Assembly: GCA_039630345.1 (NCBI GenBank) | Contig: JBCNVD010000001.1 | Coordinates: 1 to 16,131, forward strand | Direction: 5' to 3' | DNA: 16,131 nucleotides | Source: Aquificaceae bacterium | Lineage (GTDB): Bacteria; Aquificota; Aquificia; Aquificales; Aquificaceae | In this document: in pieces, positions 14,785-16,131 of the stretch | Layout: the number at the start of each line of letters is the position of its first letter | How positions within the stretch are numbered: the stretch's first letter is position 1 | Program-made: the position numbers and the translations under genes | The notes under the pieces: generated by a model | Told to the model about the DNA's origin: nothing | Databases searched by the model: none | What the model saw: the letters and a program-made list of their open reading frames with translations, nothing else

Positions 14785-16131
14785 CTAAAACTTACCTACA
14801 AGCTGAAGAGTGTAAAGATTTCTCGTATAAGAATAAAAATTTATAGAAGACAAATTCCTGATAAACGCATAGCTCAAAAGAACATCAAAATTCTTATAAA
14901 CAGAATAGTTCAAAAAAGGAGACATTATTATAAGTGCATCACGGCGCTTTTTATCAAAAACCTCGTTTTTGTTTAAGAAATTAGTGCCGACAAACTCAAG
15001 ATTTAAACCCGAAGATAGTTTTTTGCCAAGTGCGTAGTTTGTAAAAAATCTTGCGCCTATGGCGGTAGAGTCCCAGTTTTTACCCTCCGTGTCAGTCAGT
15101 TTTAAGTAAGAGTCAAAGCCCATATAGAGTCTTTCACGAAAGTATTCATAAGCATAGGATAGCTGAGCAAAACTGCCGTCTCTGTTTTCAAATCTAAAAG
15201 GTTGCGACAGATAGTCCTGAAGTCCAACACTTATACCCGGGGTTCCAAAATCTGTGTGCAGATTAATGCCCGCTCTGGCAGTTGCAGAATAAAAATCACC
15301 CCCGAGGGTCGTGAAACTTCCCTCTATAGGAAAACCAATAGACCTTATCTTAGGCTCTAATTCTAAATTTACGAAAACTATGTTATATTCAGAACCTTTT
15401 TGATTTGAAGAAGCATATAGCCTGGACCTAAACCTGAAAGGTCTTGAATTGTAGCTACTATTTAAATTAATAAAGCTTTTCCATGTTCTTATTTTGGTCT
15501 CTAGTTCAAAAGTCCCGAGAAGGTTAGTATCTCTTTCCACCCCTAAGCCAAGATTTAAGTTAAACTTTCGGGATTTTTCATAAGAATCAAGCACTTCGTT
15601 TGCAGGTCTTTGAAACTCAGTTCCCCTTAGCTCCTGGACAGTCATTGAGAGACGATAAGGCTCATCTGTAATTGCGTAGATTTTAGCCATATAATAGCGC
15701 GCTTCAGGGTAATATTCAGAGTTTTTGGGAACACGTCTAAAGCTATAAAGAGCTCCTGTTATATCGCCTTCTCTGAGTTTTATATAGCCCTCTATAAAAT
15801 TTGAGGACGGGTCTTTCAGGTCTTTTATGCTTGAGATGGCTTTTTCAAAGTCTCCAATGCTGGCATAGAGGTAAGCAAGTCTTAGTCTAACTTTGTTTTC
15901 CTGAGGGGCGGATATCAGGGTTTTTATTGCAAGATCTGTTTGTCCAACTTTTTGGTAAAGCCAGGCTTTCAAAAGTAAAAATTCAACTGTGGATTGACGC
16001 TCTTTTGGAATTTGTTCCATTAGCTCAAGAGCTTCTTCGTATTCTCCTTCTTTAATTCTTGATTGGATTTCTGGAGTCAGAGCATGACCAAAGCTAAAAA
16101 TCAAAGGCAATAAAAAAACAGCCTTTGGCAA
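14785..16131 (-). CDS. TPR-repeat plus C-terminal beta-barrel outer-membrane protein (Slam/DUF560-like architecture)
   Basis: Signal peptide MPKAVFLLPLIFSFGHA; TPR-like helices (KAWLYQKVGQTDLA, LAYLYASIGDFEKA, ARYYMAKIY); barrel from FNLNLGLGVERDTN through RRD to YSYTRN; terminal Phe (LQLVGKF). The TTG start lies at the window edge, so the true start cannot be confirmed. Confidence 0.78.
   Translation of the reverse strand: MPKAVFLLPLIFSFGHALTPEIQSRIKEGEYEEALELMEQIPKERQSTVEFLLLKAWLYQKVGQTDLAIKTLISAPQENKVRLRLAYLYASIGDFEKAISSIKDLKDPSSNFIEGYIKLREGDITGALYSFRRVPKNSEYYPEARYYMAKIYAITDEPYRLSMTVQELRGTEFQRPANEVLDSYEKSRKFNLNLGLGVERDTNLLGTFELETKIRTWKSFINLNSSYNSRPFRFRSRLYASSNQKGSEYNIVFVNLELEPKIRSIGFPIEGSFTTLGGDFYSATARAGINLHTDFGTPGISVGLQDYLSQPFRFENRDGSFAQLSYAYEYFRERLYMGFDSYLKLTDTEGKNWDSTAIGARFFTNYALGKKLSSGLNLEFVGTNFLNKNEVFDKKRRDALIIMSPFLNYSVYKNFDVLLSYAFIRNLSSINFYSYTRNLYTLQLVGKF

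Noticed and set aside
1165..14976. Short alternative-frame ORFs (e.g. 1165-1392, 1551-1856, 4470-4796, 5062-5400, 9011-9340, 12596-12952, 14146-14448, 14572-14976)
   Set aside because: All lie antisense to well-supported genes and show no recognisable motifs.
1..16131. tRNA/rRNA genes, CRISPR array, IS elements or integrase
   Set aside because: The largest intergenic gap is 61 bp, and no repeat arrays, transposase or recombinase motifs were seen by eye.

Overview
Gene-dense bacterial chromosomal window, most likely from the Aquificaceae (inferred from protein similarities recalled from memory, very compact and overlapping genes, and secD standing without secF; no search was run). Left to right: a thiS-thiG-hemY-like operon (-), whose last gene runs off the window and is missing from the ORF track; lysS (+) with an apparent extra OB-fold; a DsrE/SaoD-like gene plus a His-rich outer-membrane barrel (-); secD (-); and an SH3-NlpC/P60, short XseA-like, DUF429 cluster (+). 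The most notable feature is a tightly coupled six-gene minus-strand cluster: TPR/beta-barrel outer-membrane protein, signal-peptide FecR-domain protein, CHASE2 class III adenylate cyclase, class II (MBL-fold) cNMP phosphodiesterase, Crp-like cNMP receptor with an atypical HTH, and GAF/HD-GYP phosphodiesterase. It looks like a self-contained trans-envelope cAMP signalling cassette that could feed into c-di-GMP turnover. Two very short divergent intergenic gaps carry -10 boxes placed for leaderless or near-leaderless transcripts. No RNA genes, CRISPR arrays or mobile elements were seen.
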